Assembly (NCBI GenBank): GCA_040954595.2
Contig: CM082591.2
Coordinates: 2,377,158-2,441,157, forward strand
Source of the DNA: Balanoglossus misakiensis
Lineage: Eukaryota > Animalia > Hemichordata
Direction: 5' to 3'
DNA length: 64,000 nt
Part shown: positions 11,701 through 23,700 of the stretch, one piece after another
Numbering within the stretch: the stretch's first letter is position 1
How the letters are laid out: the number at the start of each line of letters is the position of its first letter
Notes under the pieces: model-generated
Seen by the model: the letters and a program-made list of their open reading frames with translations, nothing else
Database searches by the model: none
Told to the model about the DNA's origin: nothing
Translations under genes and position numbers: made by a program

Positions 11701-14700
11701 TTCACACTAGCATTTGCCCGCAGGAAAATTGTCACGTCATAAAACATAATCTTTACATTGCTTGAAACTCTGTGAATGAGAAGTGAATGCATTTCTGTCT
11801 TTTGTGAGAAGACATTAACCGCTGCAAAATTCCAGTAAATAAGTGTTCCTTGGGGGCTGGCAGATGGTACATAGCTGAAGGGGAGAGACACACATACGTA
11901 TACATGTACACACCGTACAACAACAGGTAGACACAGACAGATAGATAGACACAGACAGATAGATAGACACAGGCAGATAGATAGACACAGACAGACAACA
12001 GACAAACAAGGGCACAGCCAAGCCAGACAAACAGATAACGCAGTTACATATGGAATTCATCGTAAGATCACCCTGGGACGAGACTGGGAAACAATTCTAT
12101 TTGCAAGGCGCCGCCCTACGTGTTCATTCATGAGTCCGCTAGGAGTAGTTTGTTTTGCCTTTAACGGATTTTTGTCGATACTTTAGCAGGACAGTAAATG
12201 TTTTATTTGTTTATTTTGCGTGTGGTTTAAATCTTAGTCGATTAAATGTTAAAAACCTTGTCAGCGATAGTCAATCAATTTGAAGAATTGAACAGGTTCT
12301 CAGAACGGGAAGGCAAAGCTTGATAACTATCAGAATGTTTCTTGTTTTTAAGAGTTTGCAAGTATGAAAGTTTCGGCATCTGTTAACAGATGTACAGTCT
12401 ACCCCAATCCGCAAAATAGAATCCATCAAGTAAAAGCATACATAATGGCCATGGCAGGTACCGAAACAATCATACATGAGTCTCTGAGATGAAATCCTGA
12501 GACCAGAAAGCCTCCATCGGTAAAAATAAACCCTACCTTGATTATAGATGAAATCCACGAGCTTGTTAATGTCTGCCACCGTTTTTAAGTATGTACTGAA
12601 AACCCCCAAACGCCCTTATTTTATTTGTCATTTCGTGTAATTTGGGGGAATTTATTTCTACTTGACGGAGAATTACAGGGGCGTTGGAAGATGCTAATGC
12701 GATCAAGCGCTTATTTCTTTAAGTTCCTGTCGACTCGGTGGCGGAGACGAGTGGGAAACATCTCTTAAAGTTTCGACCTCGTACATTCTGTCGCCTCGGA
12801 TCTGCGCCTGAATCCGAATCTAATCCCAGACTGGCTCCATGCCGATATCACCAAGAGATTCCCACACAAAGGGAGTGTTTAGTACCCAATGAAGGGCTGT
12901 CCAACACCCCCCCCCCCCCCGCTATTTTTCTGATGTTTATGGAATTTAATCCTACACTGAAGAGGCTTTGGGGGGCTCGAGCTAATCCCGCCTAATGAAT
13001 ACCCCGATCGCCGACAGGACTTTGTCGTCGTCTCTTGTGTGAAGTCATAAAAAGCATACACTATCCAATGAAGTGAAAGGAAAGCAGTGTGTGCGGCCGC
13101 TATGTAATTTACCAAATGGAAGGGAATCTATTATCCGCTATAGTCATGGTTTGGTTATTAGTGCTACATTGCAAATGGATATTGGACATGCTAGGTGTTT
13201 ACCAGTTGAAGTAGAGTAGCTGTTCTGAGGATGGGGACCTTGGGGGAAAAATAGACTTGGGGGATGTTTCTTGGTTATTGCTTAATCACAATTTCCAAGG
13301 TTACAAACTTGTGGTACTCTTTGCGCCAGTGATGTCACTTCTTTCACGTCGAGCGCGACTTGGCAGACGCGCATTGGTTGTCACACTGGCGGCGCGCGTC
13401 TGTCGCGCGCGAAGGACTACAATGGGTGACCCGGAAAATGACCTGTGTGACATTCCGTATGGGTTATACAGTTGTGTCAAAAAAAGAAGTTCCGGCGCGC
13501 TCAATCAAATAGTCCCAATCTGTGAAATTACGATTGCGGTAATGAATTAGGGCACTCTATCCGAACAATAACGTATCCCAAACATAAAAAAAAACTTTCC
13601 TCTTCTGGGGCAGCTTCAAATATTGGCAAGTCTTACCTACACTCTTCAATCAAGTCATATCTTAGGTTAATCAAATATAAATTCCGATGAAGATGGAAAT
13701 TCGTGCATTTGGGATATAAACATAGAAGACAAGCATTTTTATCATTAATATTTCACAGGTAAATTGTTACGAATATACATACAAATAGGAAAATATTAAC
13801 TTTTAATATTTGCCTTTGAAACCCTTGTTTGTTCTCCTAAGGGCGAGGAATGCTATCCGAGGTATTCTTTAAAGATGCATATAGCTGATGAGGTTACCAA
13901 AGAAGCGTATTGTGTCAGCGGGCGAAAATTTCAATTGAAACTACAGACATACGGACTTCAAGTATAACCTAGCTCAAACAGTAAAAAACGCAAAAATACA
14001 TCTTTTAGGCGCGACTACGAAACAACGTGAACAATCCTGTGAGTCGACCCACTTACGCTATGGAACATTGTTTATGTACATTCCTGCCAAAAGTCATTAT
14101 GCTAATTTGCATTTACCAGCTGCGAATCAATTAACACCTGTCTAATGACAAGTGCTAATTTGGTGATTTCCCCCCAAGGGATTACCAAGCGAATTTATCG
14201 GACCGATATTTCACATTTAATCTTCTCGTGATATTCATTTTTGACTCTTTTATTGGTGTTATAAAAATCTACAAAATTCAACATAATTACTGGATTTTTT
14301 ACCGCTCACAACTTTCCTTTTCCGAGCAATTACAACTTCAACATGATTGTGTTCGATAGTTTATCGCAGACACTATGCACAATATTTTTTATGGAAACTG
14401 TATCAGCGCAGACAACGTAATTTAAATATTTAAGATAGTTGAATACCCTGGAGCGACAGTTACAATTCATAATAAAAAAAATGCGAAGATAGTCAATATT
14501 ATATGATGACAGAAAAAAAACCTAGACATTTAGGCTCAAAATCCCTACATACAGAGCCACAGCCTATGGAAAGTTTCCAAGTATGAGCCCATGAAACGCA
14601 AACCTAGGGAGTCTTCAATACATCAACCATGGCATAGTCCCTCTAGCTCTTTGCAGAACTGACAGTGGTTCAAAAAAATACGCAACCTGTATGCCATAGT

Positions 14701-17700
14701 TGTGTAACGTGGTAATACGACATCAGTAATACAATGTGTAATAATATTGGAGTAATAGAATGGACATTGCATCCTGTATAGATACGGCAGCTGTACTTAC
14801 CAATACGAAACCCTCCTTCAAATGCAGTATCACAAGTCTACCTACGAGCTCATCTGACCAGACCTCCCTCCAACTCGAACAGTTTGAGACTACACAATTA
14901 TTTAATTACCCAGGCGCTTATTTAAGTGATCTTACTTCATCCCGCTCATTAATTTGTTATTTCGGTAATCATTTAGTAAATTATGAAAGCAATAATTAAT
15001 CGCGAATTTATACTCACGTACCTGAGTGTAACTTCTTTACTTTGGCGGAAGCACAACATATATTCCCAACATCCGCTGCTTCATACGGACATTTCTGTGA
15101 CAATGGCAGACATCGGAAATCGTCGTCTCTGGTTTTCATGCATCTATTTGATAACTTTCACCTGCTTTTTTCTCTTTCATTCCAAGACAATCCGCGCATG
15201 CCTCAAACCTCCCACCGCTTTTTGTTCAAGATTTCCTGTAGGCCCTCGCGATGTCGGCTGTTGCTGACGTCTTCCCGCGCGCGCAGAAAGGCCCTATTGA
15301 AATGCCACTGAATGGCAAATGAGAAATGTTGTTTCGAGGATGACACAGCGCGCATTGAAATGCAAGCAAATGAATTTGACTTGCGAACAATTACAACAAA
15401 CGGACGATGACTAATCTAACTTTAGTTAACGATAAAGCAGGCAACGATGTCTATCTGCAGAACACGATTTATTGTTGTAGATACTGTGCAACGATAGCCG
15501 CATCTTTAAGTTTCGTGTCATACATGAAACATTTGTCTTAATTTCATCTTATCATGATTTCTCTTGAGTCACAAGTTATCAGTTCTGTCATAGGCGTTAT
15601 CATTTATCATCGGCAACAGCATATACCCCGATTTCGATCGCCAGCTCGTTCTAAGGCCAGAGGTCGACTTTCTCACTTCTCACAAGGAACAATTTCTAGG
15701 GTTAGGGTAACTTTAGAATAGTATTAATCCGCTGCTGTCAGCACGATGAGAACTGGGTCTCTGAATGGTACCCCACTTCCCTAACTTCTAAACGGTGGCG
15801 CTGCTCTGGAGTTTGCATGGGTCGGTTGCTTACTGTACCGGTGTACGCAGGTTACAGTCAGTCAGTCAGTCAGTCAGTCTGTCTGCCTGCCTGTCTGTCT
15901 GAGTGGCTGGTTGTCTGTCTGTCTCTCTGTCTGTCTGCATGTCTGCCTGCTTGCCTTCTTGTCCACCTGCCTTTGATGGGCTGACTGTTACATTTGTAAC
16001 CGTTGACAATTTAGAAACCAATTATGTCATTGTGGCTTACATGAGCGTTGCATGGCTTGAGAGTGGACACACACGTCTCGATAGCCCTGTGCAATAAATA
16101 CTATGTTCCTTCGGCTGTGTCAACGGCCTAGAGTTAGCGGGTTTACAGTTGAAAGAGAGAGATTTTCAAATATTTACAAGGGTTAGATGTCGCTTATATA
16201 GCCGGTTAGATACTCGCTGGGAGTTGATTAATTGTGAACGATGGGTACAAGATGAATACAATGTTTTCTCATTTGGTTGTTAGTTATATATGCTTGAGTT
16301 GCCATCCGCCGTTTACTCCCGGGGGATGGACTATTAATGCATATTTTTAGAATCCACTTTGGAGAGTGTTTCTTCTTTATGAGTCTGAATCGTCCGGTAT
16401 TCCTACAAATTCAGGTGCCCGTGATGCGTGTCATGGTTTTGGAAACTGGTGCATTTGCGTGAGAGAACACGACATCCATGAATCGCACATAGGCCAGTGA
16501 GATGTTGTGGTTAGATGTTCTGAGTCCAAGACTTAATCCCACATGAACGAATGAATGAATTGTTAACAAGGGCCAATGTTGATTACTTCGTGTTGATCTT
16601 GAAAATACACACATTCTAAGTGACGTTTCCAATTTTCAGTTGTTGAACGAAGCCAATGCTGTGCTCATCTTCCTAAATGACATGCCCACAAACGTTATCT
16701 AGTTTCTTTCTGGGAACATCCAGTTTAGTTTCCAGATAGGATGTTGTTCCACCGCCGGGATTAATCAACATCAGATCAAAATGACATTCATTTGGAAAGA
16801 CAGGTCTTCCCTAATATCAAAACCCATTAAAGTTATTTGCAGGTAATTAAAACGCCGGCGAATGACATATTACGAGAAAAGTCGTAACATTTCAACAAAA
16901 CATGTCATTTTAAAAGAACACAAAAGGACCTACGTCTAGCAGATTACCCTTGTGTGTCTACCTTTAAAATTTTGCGAAGGGTTTATTTGTAGACAAAGTT
17001 CTATACGTCAGTCTTCCCAGCGTTGTGCAGTTAATCTGGACAATGTACCCTGTACAGGTGTACACTGTTACCAGAATGCATCAGATTCGTCACACAGCGT
17101 CGGCGGTCATCGGATGACAGAGTTGCGATTTCGAGGCCGGGGTATAGGCGCCAATTCAATTTAGCAGCACACTCCTTCACTGGATTACAGTTCCCATGGT
17201 AACCAAGACAGATTCCTACACATTTGTAATCCCCTTACACAGTCGAACGAACTTGATCTCCCACCGCCCGGATGAAGTGTCCCGCCTTTAAGTGGAACGC
17301 CCGCCACCCCGAGGCGCTCATAAACTATGTAAACGTTTTCACTGAAGAAAATGGTTTTCTTAGAAGTAGACTACACGATACGTTTAGGCATTGCTGTTGA
17401 AAATATATAGATACAAGTGTAGATTTACAACGGCGTCACAGATTCCGAGATGGTCAGTACAGCTATAGATTGATTCAGACGACAGTGTTGTATGTATGTA
17501 TGGCTGTTGAGAATTCTCGTAAAAGAATAAGTATTGGTTTCAATGGCCAGCGACTTGACAACCCGTTCTTCATAGCGGCAACAAGTTTGTTATATACACA
17601 CTGTACTGAAGGAAGAAACTCAAGATGTTTTTGACCCAAGCATCGGCATGACAGTTGAATCATACCAAGTCAGATTTATTTTGCAAAATATGCGCTAATC

Positions 17701-20700
17701 AATAGAACATATTAATCTCGAGTTCATAAAGCGCCTTTATCTGCGTAACCGTGGTAACGATTGCAAACAAACACAACCTGGCCGAAACAGCAAGCAAGCA
17801 ATTAAAATATCATTAATGAAGTGGGCTCTAAGCCACAAATACTCCAATTTCCTTTGTAGTGCTGTGACAATGCCTAGGATTCAGGCGAGTCCGTAACGGA
17901 TGAACAACCGAGAGAGATCGGCGTTGTATTTAATCATAGGGAATCGTTTAAATTTTAATACAAGCCACTGTTGACACTGCTATGATATTATGTTACGGCC
18001 GCAAGAAACACGGAAAGCCACTCTCATTTTATTTGTCGACGGAAAATTAAATACAGCGTCATTTATTTTTCATGCCGCCGTTATCAATGACGGCCTGGTC
18101 CAATGACAGACCTTGCGACTGTACTGGAGGTCAGAATTTCGGATGTTGTACAAACAGAACACATGGTCAGAAGTGACTCGGTTCTCACCAAGAGCACTTG
18201 CATCCATCAAACAACTGACAACTGATTTTTCAGAGCCGAACTTTGACCGACCTCTATGCGCAGCCTGTCAAATCTGATATGGCAGAATATGTCCAATTCT
18301 GGAGATGAGAAGATGATTGTGACAGAAGGAAGAAGGGAGAGAATTGACGCGGAGAAGGGATGAGAGAGAGAGGGGAGCAAGGCGAGACACGGAGTCAGAA
18401 AGCCAGAAAGAGAAACGGAAACAGAGAGAGAGACAGGCAGAGATTGAGAGGCAGAAAGAAAAACAGAGGCAGAGAGCTGTGTTTCTGTAGTTCTGAATCC
18501 GCAAATACTGCTTCGATCGAAATCAGTATTGTTTCAAACGCAAAACCAATTAAAACAATATTGTTCAACTTAATTTACACATCAAGCAAATAGGAAATAC
18601 AGCAAGATATTCACATTGTCAATAAAAATCATCCTGGCACGCTTGTCAAATAATACTAAATATTGACCTTCCTCTAAATTAAAAAGATACAATAACAGGG
18701 CTTTGCGGAAGCCATGATTAAGTGATCATTCATTAATTACGCTTTTTAGAAGTATTCAAATGAGATGGAAGGCCGTGTACATGTCTGTCGCAACGTGATA
18801 CCCGCTGTTTTCAGCGAGAGATGAAACGCAAGCCCCCGGGGCGGAGATGTGTGGAACGAGAGTGCGGAGAAAACCAGAACTGACGGTTCTAAAGCGACGG
18901 TATTGTGCCAGGGCTCAGTTGGTGCATCAAACTAGATCGGACGACGTCAGTCTGAGCACTTAGAAGACACTGACGCTATATAGGGACTGGCAGCTTGATG
19001 GTCTATCTATGACGTCACCTTTGTGGAGGAGAGAATTAAGTTGACAAGTTGGTGGGCCGATTAAAAGGACCATTGATATTGGAATATTAAGTAAACTGCT
19101 AACCTTGCCTCGCAGCTTTAATGTTCCCTGTGCATAATTGAAAGAAATTTTTCTTCCCACTGTCAAAGTGCACCGCCTAATTGGCGGGCGCACATGGTAC
19201 TCGGCACTCGACAAGCAAATACACTATGCACTGGAATACATTAGTTGATAACTGCGAAAAAAAATGTGGGATTTATCAAAAGTTTCAGCTTGTCGTCTGC
19301 AATTTTTCTGCAGTTCACTCTGGACAAAGAAGTTCATATTTGCAATACAGTACAGCGATCGTGAACGTGCCGATATCCGAAACTGCGTCGGACACGAAAT
19401 AAATCTTCCCAAATATTGAAGTAATCTTTTGGGGAAAAAAATGTATCCTGTAATTTCTCAAATCAAATATTTGTTGGTAAATATTACCTTTCGAGCACGT
19501 GTGTTCTGAATTGAACATTGACACAACTGATTTCGCGGGACAGACTGGAATGTAAAAGTGGTTGTAATAACACGGCTTCGATTTATTTGACATGAAAATT
19601 CCTTCGCGAAAAAATTCGAGGCTATGAAGAAGACAGATCAACGTAAAGCCCAGCTCTTGAATAATCCAATATCTACTGGGCGTACACGCAGTTTCACTAG
19701 ATCGGAAATTGTTACTCCAGCTCACCAGAAATAATATCATGCAGCTGACTGTGCCTGGAATGTTAATCCATACACCGCTATTACTGAAAATTACACTATA
19801 AATTGTAGGCTACAACCGTCCCCAGGTCATATTTTCCGATTCAATACCTCAAATTAGAGTCAGTGAAAGCACCATGTCCTTTATTCTATTCGGTAAACTG
19901 AAACCTGCCTGATTAGATGTATCAAGCCTCTATTTTCAATACATTCATGACTAATTCACACATTCTTTGATACTTACTGGGGTGTTTTATCACACTGAAC
20001 AGCGTGATGCTATATTACTCGGATAAATTAACCAGCATTAAACATGGCGGCCTGCTGCTATTCTATCAATGGTTTGCCTCGGCGCGTGAACAGTACAGCC
20101 GCGCGAGCTCGACGCGGACGCACTCCGGTCTTGCGCGCGCGCACAGAAATATTGGCCACCACTGACGCTGTGTTTTGTCATCCACGAACGTCAGAGTAAA
20201 AAAAAATATCTGCTTTTCATCAGAATTCGGTCAGTTTTGTACTAAGATAGGACGCTGATTTGTGCGAAGTTGTCAAATTTGTCACGTACGTCTTCAAGCT
20301 CTGTCTGTTTTTCTCGAGATATTTGGACTTATTATCGCTGACGCAATGGCATTGTATGACTTCACAGCTGCGAGTTGAAGTCAGCCAATCATCGTGATAC
20401 ATTTCCATTGTTCAATTTTCACACCCAACCCTTCTTTTGTTTTCTGATGCACCTGGTCCTGCACATATTTTCTACTTTGAATACCCCATGATTCTCTGTT
20501 TCTCTGTTCATTCCACGAGTGCATCTGATGAAGGGGACTACATGTTCCCGAAAGCTCATGCTGTAATTTCAACTGCTGATCACAGAGTGCCACAAAACTT
20601 TAATTCATATGGTACCGAAGATCAACACGGCAATACTCCGAATTGTCAATAAGACTGACGTAAGTCAAGATCTAAGTACTAATACAATTGCGGCTCTGTT

Positions 20701-23700
20701 GCCAAAACACGGCTCTCGTATAATGTGACTGATATAGAAATCGACAGGTATTTTCTTCTGCTAAATGTCAACGGAGAAACTAAATCTGAGGGCTTTTATT
20801 CGAGCCAATAACAAAGCTTTGTGACTCTTAAGGAAGTTAACGGGATCGATAAAAAGGGGAATTGGCCATTAAAAGGACCTATTTTGCTTCGTGTCAACAC
20901 ATGCGCGGTTATACGGCCGTCGCTCGCGCAGGTTTTCTGATCATTGTGGTCACGTGTGCAAAACAAGCTCGATTGAAAAGACTCCCTCCACACCCGAACC
21001 TTTGATATTAAGTATGAATCGATTTTGGTATGCAGCGCCTGTCGCGACATAAAAGTATGAAAATTACTAAGTGGAAATGTTTTGTTAGAAGTTAATACAC
21101 GGTTGAAACGTGGCGCTATCGTTGGCCGCTTGCAGAGGAAGTGATGAATGGGACAGTGACATTTCAAATTAATAACAGCAAGACTGCCAAGCGTAAATGA
21201 AAGCTAAAGGCTAATAAAATGAAGACATAACTGCTTCTTTGTTTCGGTTCAATTTCATATTTACCCGGGGTCACGCTGCTAAAGCTATCAACTTACACAC
21301 TCTTTTATTTTTCCAGACTGGCGATAAAAAATTTAAGACCTTTATGTGAAATTGACGTTTTTCCATTTTGTTTTTTTGACATATCTTTCACAGCCGTGTC
21401 GTGGCTCCTGATTGGTGGACTCGCCGGGCGCCGAAATCAACACGGGTGATTCGCGGCCTTTATGGTGACGCAGAGGAAGTTTAAATGGCCTTTAAGTCTG
21501 GAGAAGCTAAAGATGGAAGCATTCTGCCAATTGCTCTATTCATTGGATTTGCTTGATGTCTCTCTAGGTAAGACTTTACGAACAATCTAACCCTTAAAGG
21601 TATACGGTCACCTCCAATTTACATACGCCCATATATGCCAGAAACGGCGTATTTGGCGCTCTTTTTTTCGCGTGTGCCACCCACTGAAAATCAGTGATTG
21701 GCTATATCTCAAGTTAACCATGGTAACTGTAGCCAATTTTCCACAGGTGACCGTATACCTTTAATACATGTGACATTTTGTCTATGACAAAACTGATACA
21801 GGGTACAAGGATATAGCTAACTTGTACCCTGCATCATTTTATTGTCATGGCAACTTAAAAAGCGCTGAATTTAGGTTTCTGGCGAAAGCAATAACCCGCG
21901 TGCACATACCATGCCCAAATGAAAATTGTATATACCATCTGACAAGGCGAAAACATTCAGAAAATTGATGAATATGGAGAAGATATACCCTAATTAAAAA
22001 TTCACGCGAAAGTGCACGGCTGGTCTCACTTGAGTACTCACCGTTGCTATTAGGTCTGACTACGTCAGTATTGCAAATTCTAAACACATAACGCTGAGTC
22101 GATGGCGTCCGACCATATCCCGCCCCTGGCCTGTCGACTGTGCCACCCCCCGTTTTCTGCTCAGTGGTTATTTTGTCAAGTTGCTGTTGCCAGTGAGTTC
22201 AGAAAGACAAGCAACCGTTCGTCAAAACAGACGACAAACTCATTCGGCTAATTAACTGACATACATGAGACGAATGTTGTGTTAGAAAATTACAATTTCT
22301 AGTGGGGTTTTCTACAGAGCGACAGTGTCACTGTGCCAAGCTATTAGAGACATCATTATGTACACACAGCATCGCATTATCCAAATTAAAATGGCATTTT
22401 CTGCTAGACTTCACAGCAGCAGGGCTCGCGTGTGCGCAGTGGTGACGACACCCGCGCTTTTCTACCCAATGTAGCATAACGACTTCCTGTTAAATGTATG
22501 CATATTTTCACTGATCTCCTACCACGGTGAAAGTCAGCCGGGGCCCCATTAAAATGATTTTAAGTGATCCCAGTTGGATGTTAAACCACAGATATGCGTT
22601 GTTTGCCACACATACTATTGGGTTTCTGTCTCTGTGTTATATACCGATACCATAACGTTAGTCTAATACACCAAACATAATGACAAAGTGATAACGCCTT
22701 AGACTTTACCCATAGAGATGTAAAAATAGTGTTATAATGTGTGAAACAATACACAGCATAATCAGGGGGAATATTCCATTGTTGTTTAGGGAAAGTGTAA
22801 TCAGAGAAAGCGGCTGTAGAAATGACAATGGTCATTTGTTACTATTGGCCTTGTGGCCATTAAATAGCCATTTCCGGCAGTAATCCAGCTTCCGGTTAAC
22901 GAGTCATAAAATTGCCGAATCTCAAGTTTTTTTACCGAAAGCAGCAGATGCAAACTGAGCAAAAATATCCGAAAACGAAGCACCCCATTCCAGCGTCCCA
23001 GACGCGCGAGCTAACGGGACAGCTGCTCGATTGAGAGTTTGAACACTCGGAGAACAGGGGTCGACTTTCCAACAGCGACTGTGGAACCGCAGTGTAGCAA
23101 TCAATCCATATAGGAATTACATTAATCACGATATGAGAGCCATTCTTTCTAATCGGATGTGACACATTTTTAATAAGTAATGCATTACTTCCAATATCAG
23201 CAGTGGAAGCAATATACCATGTCACAATCTTATTGAATTTTTTTCTTCAACATCCCAGATCACTCACTGTGATATGGATCGAAAGTAGTCAGAAGTCATT
23301 CCGTAATCGTCATATTTTACTGTTTACATTAACCATAAACTGTGTAATGATAGCTCTCCATTTTTCATAATCAACGCATGTTATAAACGACAGTGTGCTT
23401 GATTGATACAGTTTCGCCCCCTTTTGAAGAAACGTCAGTTTGAAACATTTTGTTCGGAGATGACTACTCTCAGAAAGATTCCAAAGAACGTATTCGAGCT
23501 TCTAAATCTGTCCGTCTTTCGACAAGGCACCCGAGAGGAAATAGTTTCTGATAGAGTAGAATAAAACGATGGTCAAGAAAAAATGTTTAATAAAATTTAC
23601 CTTTTTCCTGGGTTACCGAGCACGGCCATCTGTAACATGTTGGCGCGGAGTCAAGACTGACTAATTATCTTTTTTTGTTTAAAAGAAAGTTCTCCTGTAG

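Noticed and set aside
22042-23299. Other GTGAGT donors (22041, 23267) as coding first exons
   Set aside because: 22041 has an in-frame stop just before it in the required phase. 23267 gives only a 10-codon peptide with a weak exonic context, which shows that such candidates arise by chance.
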